This document shows positions 35,761 to 49,683 of a stretch of 64,000 nt of DNA, piece after piece; position 1 is the first letter of the stretch, and the number at the start of each line of letters is the position of its first letter. Position numbers and translations under genes: made by a program. The notes under the pieces were generated by a model, which did no database searches, was not told the DNA's origin, and saw only the letters and a list, made by a program, of their open reading frames with translations. Source of the stretch: Yuukianura sp. NJ FZ-2021 (lineage: Eukaryota); the NCBI GenBank assembly GCA_046563655.1, contig CM102290.1, forward strand, positions 5,952,001 through 6,016,000, given 5' to 3'.

Positions 35761-37307
35761 GAAGAAGCCAGAACAAGAAGTACACCTATTTTTATGTCTC
35801 AAAATTTAATTGTTTATTTTTTGGTGCATCTTGGTTTGAACCGAAATTTTGTTTCGAAAAACTACAGTTCACAAATTACGTCACCCAAAGGAGGGGAATG
35901 TCCGAATGAAAGGGAACCCGTCTTCACCTAACGTGGACGAATCGTCCCACCGCAAAAGTTTAATCAAAATTTTGAATTATGAAATTTTGAATTTTGAGAT
36001 CAGAGTTTTTCACTGCCTGCCTGACAAAAGGTTTTACTATCCAGTAAAAAATGGGTTTTTGACATTTTTGACAAAACAAAGATCACCGAAAAAGGGAAAT
36101 CTGGGTTTTTAGCAGGTGTTGAAAATGTCACATCGCGACATTCACGAATTTTGGACAACTATAGAACCGCGACGTCATTTCCAGTCGCAGTCGAAAGTTG
36201 GCATTGCGTGTCGTGAATGGCAACATTTTCACGAGAATACAGATTTTATTGCCAGCTGAAGTCACGGCGACACATATGGAATTATGACACTTTTCTCGCT
36301 CCCATCCGCAATTTCGCGTTAAGAATGTGGCCATTCGCGAGGCAACATCTATTAAAATATATATAGCTCATGTTTAAAGTTTATAAATTTATATAGCAAA
36401 TTTGATGGTCACACCGTTCAGCGCGATAATGGGCGAATTTCGTCGCCGATTTTTGGTCGTATGCTTATCCGATATCACATAACGTATTGCGAAAGTAGTC
36501 ATTCGTGAAGTAAGATTTTACTACAATAAATATAACAACAGATCATGCAGTTCCATAATGCTCTTGCGCTTGCTATTGCTTAAAATTCGCTGATGTCGCC
36601 ATTCTCTACCAGCGGCGCCAAATTTCACGTGCGACCGGAAATGTTTTCACAATAATTGCGTTACCTTCCTTAACCCCCGCAGACATCGGTTTAACATTTT
36701 CTTCCAAATTCGCGTTTGGCAACATCTGAGATTTTCGCTAGATTAATATATTACTAGGTTTGGCATTTGGACGATTCGTCCCGGCTTAGGTTACTCTATT
36801 TCACGGCGTTTAAACTCTCGGGCTATCTGATTTTTTTTCTCCAAATTCAGAGTTTTTTCTGATTGGTTTTACTTTTCAATATTTACGTTTCGACCAGCTT
36901 CTATTGCGACCATTTCACATTCAGACCTTTTCATATTGCGACGCATGCACTTGCGATCTTACTACTTTTCGATCTTTTTCTCTTAGACCATGCTTCCTGC
37001 GACTTTATTGCGACGTTATTGCTTCCACCCAAATTATTTCCACAATATTGCCAGCTACGTCCTTTTTCTTGCTGTCTTGTTTTGGCCCGCTCCACATAAA
37101 TTCAATGCTTACGTTTCGAAACAAGCTTCAAAATTTTGTTACCATTTTGTAAAATAGAAAACCCCCGTACTCCAAAAGTAAAGGGTTTTGCGTGTTGTGC
37201 GTGGTACGTGAATGTTATTTTTCAATCCGTTCCCAAAATCTCCTGGGTAACAGAATTAGAAAATTAAATAAAATAAAAATAGGTGTACTTCTTGTTCTGG
37301 CTTCTTC
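35761..37307. mobile_element. Element bounded by 35-bp inverted repeats
   Basis: gaagaagccagaacaagaagtacacctatttttat and its reverse complement ending at 37307; no clear TSD. Confidence 0.5.
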
Positions 37308-37774
37308 TACTGTAGATGGCTAAATCCATGATTCTTTTTAGTATAAGTTTGTCCAACACATTTGAGAGTGGCGAAATGCCAAACTGAAGTGACATTGGAC
37401 TTCTTTTTTCTTTTTCAAAAATTTCTTCACAAGAGCCATCTCGTGTTCAAGTCTACAACTAATGTTTACCAATCGTCCTCATGCTTGTTACATTCGCAAG
37501 AGAATACCGTTATCTACCGTCACAGGATTTTCTATTGATATAATTTATATTGAAACTTTATTGAAAATAATTTGATTCATTTCGACTTTGAGTACCTTTT
37601 GGATACTACCTTGATATTATTATAACGACAGAGGTAAGGAAGATTCAATAAATGTCAAGCTACATTCAGAACTGAATCAGAATTCCTTGCTAAGAACTTT
37701 AAGGAATGATAATCTGTGTTTTATAGTTCACCTGAGCGGCCAGAAGACAGTGCGACTCGCACTGTGCGAATGTG

Positions 37775-40700
37775 ATGCCGCAAGACGAGATACATCCTTC
37801 CGTTTATTATGGCCGTAGCCCATCGGTTGTCAATTTCAGTCCACCACCGCCGTCACTCGATTCGGATAGTAGTACAGACGAAGAAGAAGTGGAAGCTCTC
37901 GCCAGCGCCTTGTTGCCTACCAATTGGCTCCCACCTCTCCCAGTTGAGACTGATTCGGAGTTCATGTCGTCTTCATCTTCTCCTACATCTACGACCACCA
38001 CAAGCGTCAGTACTGAGAGCGTAGATATCGAACTAGCTGCTGCCGAGGTCGATCTGGAACAAGCGACTACAGAGGAACTTCAGGAAAACTCGATCCTGGA
38101 CGACTCAGACCTTGAGGATGGAGGCTTGATTGGGATTGAAGTACCACCGCTTGAACTGCCACTTCCACCGCCTTCCCTTGAAGGAGACGTTGATGAGGAT
38201 GGGTCGGGAGTAGGAGACTTGTGGCGGCCATATCTAACAGTCTCTTCCTTGTCATCTTCTCCGCCACTGTCTTCAATTTCAGAGCCAACTGTAGAAGAGA
38301 TATGCTTCATCGCTGATGCCGAGGAGGAGCAGTTACGTCTTGTCGCCCATCCTCAACCGGATGACGAAATGGAAGTTAGACTAGTCAATATGCCGAGATG
38401 GAAACTTGGGGTCTCTCCTGTTCTTGATTATCAGGTTGTGGCCTACGATGTAAGTACGTCTTATCCTCATGTCACTTAGTAATTAGAGTCAAAAGTAAAG
38501 CTTGCTTAACAACCGTTGGCTTTATGATTTTGTTTTTAGGAAGCCTACGAAACACTTGAGGGAAACATGAAAGTTTTTTATGACGACCCGAAGAACAAAG
38601 AGAAATACAAATCGTCTCTGCGGAATATCGTTGCTCTAAAGATGGACTTTGCAGTTGTCAAAACTCCAGATGGACAGTACAAGCGCGTTCGGATCCTCCA
38701 TCTCGCAGAAGATGAAGAGTGGGAAACTGACTCCGAATCGGACGGTTGGGAAGACTTGCCGGATGACGAGACGGCTCCATCCTCCGGAGGTACTGTTTAG
38801 TAAAATTAAGCATCCAATTGACAAGGCAGCTCAACTATTTTGTTATTTTCTTAGATACTAACTCTGGAATTGACTTGGCAGCCGTTCAAAGGAGCTCTGA
38901 CGATAATAGCGTGGGCTTTGACGTTCGTATCCTGGACACTAGTACGAACGGCAACATTAAATTGCCACATGAGTCCCTGGAATGGTATCTTCTTCAACGA
39001 AACTTCTGTCACTTGCCTTATCGCGTAAGCCACATTCAAATACATTTCAAAGTTAACTTTCAACTTTGGATTTGTTTTTGTTGATTTGGAGAAGACCAGG
39101 GAATTTGGCTTGACCGACTCGGAAATCTTCGTCCATCTTTTCGAATTTTTCGACACTTGTTACGACGTCTTATCCCAACACGACTTTTTGTTCAAATGCT
39201 GTGTGAACTACTTGAATGAAAACGGAGTTCCCTTCGTTACTCTCAAAACACCGAATTCGGATAAGTCAGGAAACTCCATGATCTACATCAGAATCATCAA
39301 GGAACTCCCACCTCCTTGCGTTCCGCCGGTAATTCATCACATAAGCTACGTAATATCGGCGTACAACGTGCACTGAAATATCCTATCTCTGCCTCTGAGC
39401 GTTTCATTTTTTCTTTTTTTTGGATTTGGTTCCAACAGACAACAGATAACGCGCACGCTTACAATGCGATGAAATCGTGAAGTACTCAATAAGCTAGGAT
39501 TCGCCCCGAATAAATAGTGTCGATTTAAATTAATTTTTGTTCGTGGGTTACTTAGGTACACGAAGTGGCTGAAGAGGTGATGATCGTCCACACTGAACCC
39601 AATGGAGAGATGTTTTTACACTTCCAGGATATGGCGATCGTGGATTTGTTCATGACAGTGTCCAACGAAATGACGGAACAGAGGTACTTGGAGGGAAAAG
39701 CCAAGGGACTTCCTCCGCTGGACTACGACACTCACTACCTCGCTCCGTATGACACGACTTACTATCGATGTGTCATCGGAGGACCAATTTCTGATGGAGT
39801 TGACAGCGTAAGTCAATCAACCTGTTTGTGTACTGTCCACTGCAGACTGCAATACTAATGTGCGTCGAATTTTGTAGGTGGAGGTTTATTTTATTGATTA
39901 CGGTAACCATGCCGTCGTGGAAAAGAGTCAGTTAGTACGTTGCTCTGACGTTGACGAACTGCTCGACGTCTTTCCAAAGATTGTAAGTACAAACCTTATG
40001 TTCACCTATCTTCTAACAAAGCTCACCTGTGACCTAACTTTTATCAACGTCAACGTGGCTATTGTGCGGTACTAATTATAAATCTTACAAAGCTTGATTT
40101 GTCTCACAGGCTGTACGAACGCATTTGGCAAACGTGGGAAGTGTGAACTGGGATTTGGTTTTTACAAACTTCAAGGAAAAGACGCATGTCCTCGAGGTAA
40201 GGAATTCCGTACTTAAAATTCAGAATGGTTGGTTGTGGCTGGAAGGATTGTCGTGTTTTATCATTCTAGACATTGACACCTCTGACGAAAACGGATCTTC
40301 CATATGTGGACCTCATGTGCCCATTTCAGACTGATCTGCGCCGGTTTTCGGAAATCTTGCTTGAAATGCGTTATGCCATTCCGTGGTCAGCTCCGCGTCT
40401 GGATCCGCCGAAAACATTTCCTACAATTGTGGCCCAGAACCAATTTCGTGCTGCACGGATTCCTATGGGGGAGATGAATTGGGGATCGTCTGATGACAAG
40501 GTGGTCAAGGCTGAGCCCGGAGCCATTCTGGACGTGGTGTTGTCAGCCCTGGAGGGAAGTCGTTTCCTTGTAAGACCGCAAACGCAACTATAGCCTCGTG
40601 ACTCCAGCTGACTTGGCAACAGAAAGAACTGACACACTGATTGTGTTTTCTTAGGTGAAGCCGGTCGGTGCTTCTGATAAGTTGAGGAAGCTGTCCAAGG

Positions 40701-42118
40701 AAATTGACAACTGCGAGTCGTTGGCGTACATTGCCCAACTGACGTAAGTATTCGTACCTTTCAAGTCTTCTGCTAGGCATGGAGTGCAGTATGTTGACCT
40801 TTTCACTAGCAGTTTGTTGGTGTTTCAGACATGAGGAGTATAAAACGATTCGCTGGAGTAACATGGACCTTGGATCCACACTAATGTACTGTGCATTTCC
40901 AGACCTAGAAATTCTGAAGAGACCACGACACCAGGAAAACAGCTTTTCCAGGTAACACACTTGGGCAAGTCAGCAAATGCCAGACCCCTCCCTGGGGTGG
41001 GGGAGTGGGGGTGTTAAAAAAAAATTTTTAATTTTTTTTTTTTTTTTTGGGAAAAATGGCGGGAGCTGGTTTCAAAATCGCGCCGCTAGGCGCGAGAACT
41101 TTTGAATTTTTGGGCCTGAAAATCGTGTGGGCGTTCCACATTGAGCGAAATTAGCTAAACATTGCGGCGTTCGGCGCGAGAAAATTTTTGATTTCAACAC
41201 GCAAAAATTGTATCGGAGAATTACGAGAAACAGATTTTAATTGATTTGAACACCCAGAAAATTATTTTGGCATCCGTCAAGCTCTAATCGGGGATCCAAA
41301 TGAGGAAGCGGCATCTGAAAACACGATAGCAAGGTAATTTGCGCCGAAGGCTCAACGAAAATTTTGAGTTTTAGTTAAAAACTCACTTTCGGGGACGCTG
41401 TCTGTAGGTTTTTGGGGTCTTCACACGTCAAAAACAAATATGTAGTGCCGTATCAATGCAAATTTGTCGAAATTCTGGGCTGAATTAGTTAACCGAAGGA
41501 ATTCGCGCCGGAGGCGCGAGATTTTTCGGAATTTGGCTGTAAAAGTCGTCAAATTTGACGAAATTCATACGTAGGCCCCTCAATTTCCGACAAAATTTGC
41601 AGACCCCTCCCTGGCGGCTCTCGCCGCCAGACCCCTCCTACATAGGCTGTTGCCCAAGTGTGCCAGGTAAAGGTCAAAGGTCAGTGAAGGTAAACTTTTA
41701 AGTCATAAATTGGATTGGGTCTTTGCAGGGTGAGAGTTCTTAACAACAAGCTGGACTCTGGAAAAATCCTGGTGCTGAATGTGGATTTGGGATACATTTT
41801 TTCTACAGAGGAGTCCAAACTACATCCACTCCCATCCCAATTCCTTACCCTTCCTGCACAGTCGGCCCAGCTTGTCATCAACAGTACGACAACATTCAAT
41901 TTAGTTACTTTAATAACTCCAAGACTTGCAAATAGTTTTAATACAAGTATTCATTTGCGGCAGATGGAAAGACGGAAGACTGGACAGGAATTCCGGAGGT
42001 GTCTTATATGTCCCAAAGGTTCCTGGTCCAAGTAGAGGAAGTTGACAAAGAGGCCAAGCCGTTTGGACGATGTGTCATCACGGGCAAACTGTTTACGAAG
42101 AAACAGCTGCACAAGTAA
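37775..42118 (+). CDS. Multi-Tudor-domain protein (about 12 exons) with acidic low-complexity N-terminus
   Basis: Extended-Tudor motifs: YLAPYDTTYYRCVI...VEVYFIDYGNHAVV; RVRVL...VLNVDLGY...LHPLPSQFLTLPAQ; DGQYKRVRIL. GT-AG introns; stop TAA at 42116-42118. Confidence 0.75.
40956..41662. mobile_element. TIR element (P/hAT-like) inserted next to a splice donor of the Tudor gene
   Basis: 13-bp TIR cacacttgggcaa/ttgcccaagtgtg; 8-bp TSD CCAGGTAA at 40948-40955 and 41663-41670. Confidence 0.8.
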
Positions 42119-42550
42119 TTGACATTTTAGGATTGATATTATTTGTTTTTGGTCATTATTATAATAATTTTAAGAAAATTGTTTTTTGTTTGCTTCCGCT
42201 TGCTTAGAAAGACTGGAGAACTTGTGCCGGGAGGTGTGAACGATTGCCAAAGTTTGACTGCTGAGGAAGCCAAGGATGTCATTGTGGGTATGAAACCATT
42301 TTAGTCTAATTAACTAAACCTAACTTATTAATTAATCTGGGTTACGTTAAGGTAAACTAGAATTACAATTTAACTCTCGTCTGTGCTGCAGGGAGTGCAA
42401 TTGGTCGGCAGTATTTTCCTCGGTTGGGTAACTTCAATAATGGAGATACCGGGAAATACAAGAACTGATGCTGGGAAGTTCAAGATTTTGTACTACACTT
42501 GTTGGATTTATTAATTATTGATTTGCCTAGTCTTTTGTAAATTAGTGAAG

Positions 42551-44688
42551 TTAGGATTTAAAAAGGTTGAATCTGGCGGCAGTTCGTCGGGATAGATTAT
42601 TGGCCTGGATGTTTTTGAGACTAGACTGAATCTCATCGTAAGATGGGAGAGTGGACAGGTTGCCGAGAGCTGCAACGGAAGGTTTACTGCTCAACAGTCG
42701 TTGGGCCACACGCTCTATGTCTTCAGCAGTCACTTTCTCTGGAAAACACAGGACATTTTAGTTGCAATATTGATATATACTATAAATAAATATACTAATT
42801 AACATAAATGTGTCCAAGTAACCGATGGCTTTGATGTACTCGTCCGGTGGTTTGTAGACTCCATGTGACAGGATTTGTCTTCCGATGTCCTCAAATACAA
42901 TTGGACGAGACTCCAAGTTCATCAGGAGCATCGAATGCAGTTGAGTCTTTGACCTCTGCAACACAAACCAAAGCGTTATTTCAATCACTACATTATTTAT
43001 ATTAATTACTACGTTATTTATATTATATAAAATATAAATTAATGACAAGTTTACCTGAAGTTCTTCATCCTCCACTCCACCAGCCATGTCCACCAACTGC
43101 TTCACAAAGACATGGACCAAGTTCTTCAAGTAATTGGGTGGTGAGCTTCCGTAGATTGTGAAGATCCCAGAGTCGACGTAGGAGCTGTTGTAGGCCGTCG
43201 CACTGTTGGCCCACCCATACCTAAGTGTCAAACGATTGATAATTAAGTAATTAATTAGGTAATTAGTTAGTTAATTAGTAAAGTGTGATGTTGTACTGAT
43301 TGAGAAGGTTCCTGTAGAGTCTGGAGTACATGCCTTTCCCTGGTCCTCCCGCACTGAAAGAACCCCCACCACCCATCAAGATGTTCAGGACGCAAGTAGG
43401 AATGAAGTCTGGATGGCTGAAGGGTACCGATTCCAGCCCAATCGCCAAATGAGCCAACACGGGAACCGGCAATGGCCCAGAGTTGAACGTCCCAAAGTCC
43501 TTCTCAACCTGGAAGCCACAAAAGACTAACAATCGTGCCACCATTTGATGACTTTATAAACTGACTGACCTTGACCATCCCCCCAGAGTACTTGGCCACA
43601 CTTTTGTCTGGAGAAATTGGCGTGTCCTTGCCCCTGAACTCTTCCGTGTTCCATGTTGAGGTGGGAAAAGTAAAAAATTCTTTGCTCAAATCCACAATCT
43701 CGTTGTGTTCCACTCCAACACCAGCCACCACAATGTTTGTGGGTGTAAAGTAAGTTTGCATGAAACGGAGTAGGTCGTCTCTATGGATGGACCCAACGTT
43801 CTCTAGTGGACAGTAGCGTGTCAAGCCCAGTGTTTGGTTACCCCAAGCAGCCCGGTGGATCAGTTCTGTGAGTGTCATTTCTTGCTCTGGCCGAAGCTCC
43901 ATGTCCTCTTGTTCGTACATGATGGACTGTCGAATCTCACTCATCATACTCTGATCAATAATTGGATGCAGAATGGTCTCTGCTAGGAGTTTCAGCATCT
44001 TTTCCATCCCCCTTCGCTCAGCCGATATTGCATAGACTGTGGTGTCTCTACAAATGAAGTACATGACCGTGTCAACATTTTGAAAGTTACTACGATGCCT
44101 TTCAACTCAATTAATGATTTGAACTTACCTGGAACACTGACTGTCACAAATTCCACCGTATTCTTCCAGGGCCTTGGTGATCTTCTGTCGTGATTCATAG
44201 CACTTGGATGGCTAGAACAAGGTAAAAGAAACAATTAATTCTGTGGGTTTACTGCTAACTACGTTGAATTTTTCCTAGCAAACAGGCATGGCACTTACGG
44301 AAAATCCAAGTTTTTCGATAAATTGAGAAGTGCCAGATGTAAATCCCTTTTCGAATCTACAACCAGTTGAGATTGCTATTCCGATCGTGGAGTACTTCCC
44401 AAACCGCGGTTGAGATGCAATACGGAGTCCATTGTCCAGCTGAGTGAGTTGTGTGTCATAGTACTTGGACGTTTTGTCCTTGGCGTACACTGGCTCACCG
44501 AATCCGGGCAGAGGTTGATCAAGATTTGTGACGACAGCGTTTGGGTTAGTCTGCGGTCGAGGATGAAGAGGAATCGGGTTATCGACGGTTGTGGAGATCT
44601 TGTCAACTGGAGCAGTGACTGGAGTGGGGCGTGTCTTCTTGCTAGTGGAACAGAAACGGGTAACCAGTGAACGAGGTGTCCGAATCAT
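42551..44688 (-). CDS. PMPCA: Mitochondrial-processing peptidase subunit alpha (multi-exon)
   Basis: Arg-rich presequence; [16 protein letters not shown]; degenerate HxxEH ([11 protein letters not shown]); glycine loop [38 protein letters not shown]. Confidence 0.95.
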
Positions 44689-45269
44689 CTTGAGCTTTCT
44701 CTAACTTCACAATGATATAATTACTAATTCAATCCAATTTAGACGATTAAATTCTATTAGAGCAGCTACTAAAGACTTTGCCAAAGATGAAAGAGACAAT
44801 TTGTTAGATTTGTACATAAGATATAGCAAAGTCCACCACCCACCCTCTCAGGTTTTAGTTACACCCGACCATTTGATACATTGGTGGTGTGGAAGAAGGT
44901 GTGTCGGTGGGTTTCCGCTTTTAAGAAATAACTTTTAAAAGTAATTCAAATCCTTGAAAACTTATCCCGCCAACTCAAGTTACTTTACATAAAGATGAGA
45001 CTGTTGCGAACAAAAGTTTTGATTCCAATAAGAATTGGTGGAACGACTTAGCATAAGCATAATCTCATCAATAAGCATAATCTCATCAAAGCATATCTCA
45101 CTCAATCTTGAGTCTTGACTTATGTAGTAGGTTATTTAAGTAATAATAATTATCAATCAAAATCAAACGCATGTTAAGTTGAAACTTAATTAGTTAAATA
45201 ACAGTGAACAATTAAGTTAACCATTTGGTTCTTTGAGTTTTAGCTACGCCAGCTTTTCAGGAACACTAA

Positions 45270-47064
45270 TGCCCAGTTCGTCCATTGCAGGTTAAAATTG
45301 CGCTAAACTGAGTTTAGCTAAACTCAGTTTACTTTTTAAACTGACGGTTAACTTTTGTTGGTTCAGCCAACCAACCTTTCGAAAAGTTGATCTCCGTTTA
45401 GTTAAACTCCGGTCAACTCGAGGTTAACTCGCGAGTAGCTGGCAACATTGCACAAATCCAATTGTGCAAGTGATCTGATTGGCTGAAACACGAGCACCGC
45501 GAAAATTGAACAGTTTGTTTACAAATTTCAAATACAATTTTGAACTTCCAAATTGAGGTTTTGTTTGTGGTCTCCACTGAATTGACACTAGTATTGGTAG
45601 TTATATTCTTGTTTCAATTAGTTTCTAGTTTTGATTAATTATCAATGGAGACACAGAAACGAAAGAGAGGGCCTAACTTTTCATCTAAGGACAGGGAGAT
45701 ATTGATTGATATAGTTGTGTCAAAGTTCAAAGAGATTATCGAGTGCACAAAAACAGATTCCGTTACGTCAAAGCAAAAATCTGAAGCATGGAGTGAGATC
45801 TCCCTTCAATTCAATTCTGTGGCCAGTGTACATCGTACAGCGGATAACTTGAAGACTTTGTACGATAATTTGAAAAAGAAAACCAAGAAAACTGCTGCCA
45901 GTGACAAGGTCAAGCGTTATAAAACTGGAGGTGGAACAGATGAGACTGAACTAGATTCCACTGATGAAAAACTTTTGGCGATTCTTGGGCCAAAGGTAAC
46001 CCCCCTCAACAATCCTTTCGACTCGGACGCTGTTTACAACGGTGAAGCCTTTGATACAGGTAAACTAGTGAATTTCTAACGTTATAATGGCAAATTTCAT
46101 CACTTATTCAAATGTGTTTGATATATTTAGCTCTAAACATTATTTTTGTCTTTTAATTTGCAGAAACTCCGGTATTTGATGCCGTCGAAATCGAGGAGGT
46201 ATTGGGACAAGACTCTCAAGCAGACAGCGTTGCTCTGACATCGATTACTGCAGTGGCTGAGGATAAGACGAACGTCCTCACAAATCAACTTGTACTTTAC
46301 AGTACTGATGCTCGTCCTTCTACATCCAGTTCAGTGGTCCAAAACAACACGCCAAACCTAAGCTCAACTACGAAGTTATGGAGCAACTGCTGGAAAGGTA
46401 GACGTCGTCCTATCCTTAAAAAGGGAACGCTGACTGAGAAGAAGGTTGATGCGACAACTAACGTTGGGGAACTAGCTCTAACCAAAAAGCATTACTATGA
46501 GCGACTACTTGAAATGGCTGAAGTGGAGCACAACGCAAAACTTCGTATGTTGGAAGCGAAAACTGAATTTTATTTGAAAAAGTTGTAAATATTCAAAGGT
46601 AGTGTCATTTGTACTTTAAATTGTAATATTAACAATCTCAAGTAAAGTGATCTCATATTAAGGCTGAACGTCGTGTCGTATTCGCAGTACCCTCTTGATA
46701 CTAGAGTAATTGTAGTGCAGAACGTTAATTATAACTTCTACTAGAACTTATTATTTACAAATTAATCAATTATTGATTACGTTCTCAGCTTACGTGTTTT
46801 GTATGTTGTAAAACTGAAGATATTGGAGATAGGATGCTGGAGTTGTTTTCAGTTTCACTCTTTTTTTTACTTTTTTACTCTGGTTAAACTCCTGGTTAAC
46901 TCACTAACCGAGGAAATTCGGCCGGTTAAATTTGAACTCCGTTTAAGGAAGTTTAACGGAGTTTAACTTTTAACCGGCGTTGGCTGAACCCAAAAAACTT
47001 AACTGGAGTTAAAATTGCCGTTTAAACTCAGTTAAAATTTAACCTGCAATGGACGAACTGGGCA
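45270..47064. mobile_element. PIF/Harbinger deletion derivative carrying only the Myb/SANT gene
   Basis: TIR tgcccagttcgtccattgcaggttaaa / tttaacctgcaatggacgaactgggca; TSD TAA at 45267-45269 and 47065-47067. Confidence 0.85.
45645..46588 (+). CDS. Myb/SANT-like DNA-binding protein (Harbinger second ORF); exons 45645-46059 and 46164-46588, 279 aa
   Basis: KRGPNFS..D..IL...IIECTKTD..T...K..AW..I...FNS...R....LK..YDNLK...KTGGG and a C-terminal coiled coil; the phase-1 intron keeps the frame. Confidence 0.85.
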
Positions 47065-48400
47065 TAAGTCGAGCAAGTAAGTGGTTGGGGGACTTATAAA
47101 GTGGTAAGTGGTCTGGAAGTGGTTGGTTCGGAGGTCGTGAAGTGGTAGGTGGCCAACCAAATGGTAAGTGGTCGGGAATTGGTAGGTGGTCGGAGGTGAA
47201 GTGGTCATGAAATATTCCCTTGGAATTTACTGTCTATGCAATTCTGCTAATTCTTATCTGTGCAGTCTGAAGTTAAGTTACACATTTATTTTCATACTTT
47301 TCTTGTTTTGGACTTGGACAATAATGGTAAAGTGGTACTTCCAGTGGTACAACTGGATAGAAATTTCAATTCATTTATGTTGGAAGAGGTGGAAACTGGT
47401 GGCCATTATATTAAAAATTTGCGTGCGTTGGGGGCGGTGGTGGGTCTTTGAGGGGGGAGGGGGCAAGCGTCTTGCTTTCCCTCCTTTTTTCGCGAGGTGA
47501 AGCGTTGGATGAACGACAGGGGCTGCTTCCTCTCCTCTCCACCTTCTCCTGCCTTCAGTCGCAACCACAACACCGTCCGGGACGCACGCTACCATCACCG
47601 GCTCCTCAACCGACCAACACCTCAACACGTCCAGTATCAAGTACTGGTCACCGCCACCGATACTTCCAGCACATTCCAGTCAACAGTTTCACTCAATCAG
47701 TCTTCCAAAACAACTCAAAATCGTAAGTTCTCAAAAGAGAAAAACAGTTTTTACACCTGTAGTGTTACTAACTAGTCTTCAGTATGGGGTGTGTCCAAAC
47801 CCAGCAGTTTGGCTTTTGAGAGAGAAGATGCAGTTCCACGTCAAGGCTCGAATGCCTTAAGATGGGAGTGAGAGACAGTGGACTCATGGGTTGATAAAAT
47901 GGTTATTGGTTAATTTGGGTTAATTGTAAAAATTAGATTAATTGAGTGTGTTCTGAAAGATATTGTGGTGTAGTTTGGATGATGAAAAAAGATGGAAGGA
48001 GACGTTGGAGCTGATGTGGGTTTGGACACCCATTTGAGTATAAACAGACAAAGCAGGAGGAAAAGCGTCTCTAACCTACCGGCATAGAGGCCGGCGGGAA
48101 GGTGACTAGATTTTTAAGGACGATAACGACTGAGATTGGAATTGAAAATTTCAATTTTTACTGCATTCAATTAGTATTTGGAATTAGTAGTAAGGTAGAG
48201 GACTGCGCGTGCAGAGTTAGTAAGCGATTGACTGTTGAGCTTGAGCTAAAAACTACAGGCGGAGTACTGCCATGCTTGCTCTCTTTTCCGCGCGGGTTAT
48301 TTGTTTTTTTTTTCCTGGAGTTGACTATTTCAGGCTGGCATTTTTTATGCAACTCTTACTGTTTTTAATTTTTGGTTTGAATTTTGTTCATAGGAAAGCC

Positions 48401-49123
48401 ATGCCTAAGAAAGATAGTGCTAATGCAAAACCGCGTGGTCGTATGACTGCATACGCATTCTTTGTGCAGACTTGTCGAGAGGAGCACAAACGGAAACACC
48501 CCGAAGAAAATGTCGTCTTTGCCGAATTTTCGAGGAAGTGTGCCGAGCGCTGGAAGGTAAGAGTACAGATGAAAGTAGTATTAAATACGTTGTTATTGGT
48601 TGTTTAAAAACATTTGAATTGTTTTTGTCTTCCAGACCATGGTGGAAAAGGAGAAGAAGCGATTCCAGGACATGGCTGATCGGGACAAGCAGCGTTATGA
48701 GCATGAGATGCAATCGTATATTCCAGTGGCCGGAAGTGGAAAGGGCCGTGGAAAGAAGGCCAAACAAGCCAAGGACCCCAACGCTCCGAAGCGTTCCCTC
48801 TCCGCCTTCTTTTGGTTCTGCAGCGAGGAGCGTTCGAAAGTGAAGGAAATGAATCCGGAATTCGGAGTCGGTGATGTAGCCAAAGAACTTGGACGGATGT
48901 GGGCCGAAGTCACGCCCGAGACGAAGCGCATCTTTGAAGTAAAGGCTGAGCAGGATAAGGCCCGCTATGCTCGGGTAAGTCAATTGATCTCTGACCTTTT
49001 AGAACTTTCCTAAGTTTTGTTTTGATTTTGCAGGATATGGCGGAGTACAAGGCCAGGATTGAGGGAGGTCATGCCAATCATGACGATGACGACGAAGAGG
49101 AGGAAGAGGATGAGGACGAGTAA
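48401..49123 (+). CDS. Dsp1: HMGB/DSP1-like double HMG-box protein (exons 48401-48556, 48636-48974, 49034-49123)
   Basis: [25 protein letters not shown]...[27 protein letters not shown], and an acidic tail. Confidence 0.92.
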
Positions 49124-49683
49124 GGGACTCGGCCAAATGAGTACTCAAGACGTGTGTTACTAGTTCAGGTTCCCCTTCCCAGTACTTAGACAGGTTAATC
49201 GGAAATGTTGATTTTAAGACACAATGTTGCTAATAATTTAAGCTAATTTAACTCAGTTAGGTTAAGATTTTTTCCCTACGTTTTTTAAAGGCAGACAGGG
49301 GAGCCCTTAATGTTAAGTTTTCCTCACGAAGCAAAAGTAAAAGGAATGTTTGGGCCTTCAGCCCCTTACGTTCCGAACGAACTTTGACCCCGAGGGTGGG
49401 GCATTTCGGACTAACAATTAATTGTTTATATTTTATAAACAAGGGGGGTCAAGGGGCCCTTGAATAAAAGGTTTTGTTACACAAATCTCTTGAGACTGTT
49501 TCTTGTGTGACGACACTTTGTTTGGCATGTGTTCAGTTTGAGATTGAGGTCACGGTCTCTGATTCATCCTAACTACGATGTGTTCTCTGATTTGGTGTCC
49601 AGTTCACTCTAACGCTGGAAGGAGAGAGGACCACTGTCCAACAAATATCAGTTTCAGCGTCATCTGAGGCAGTCACGGTCACA

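Noticed and set aside
47448..47775. Coding N-terminal extension of the HMGB gene
   Set aside because: The frame that splices in phase has no ATG and the ATG-bearing frame is out of phase; more likely a 5' UTR exon (Inr-like TCAGT near 47555).
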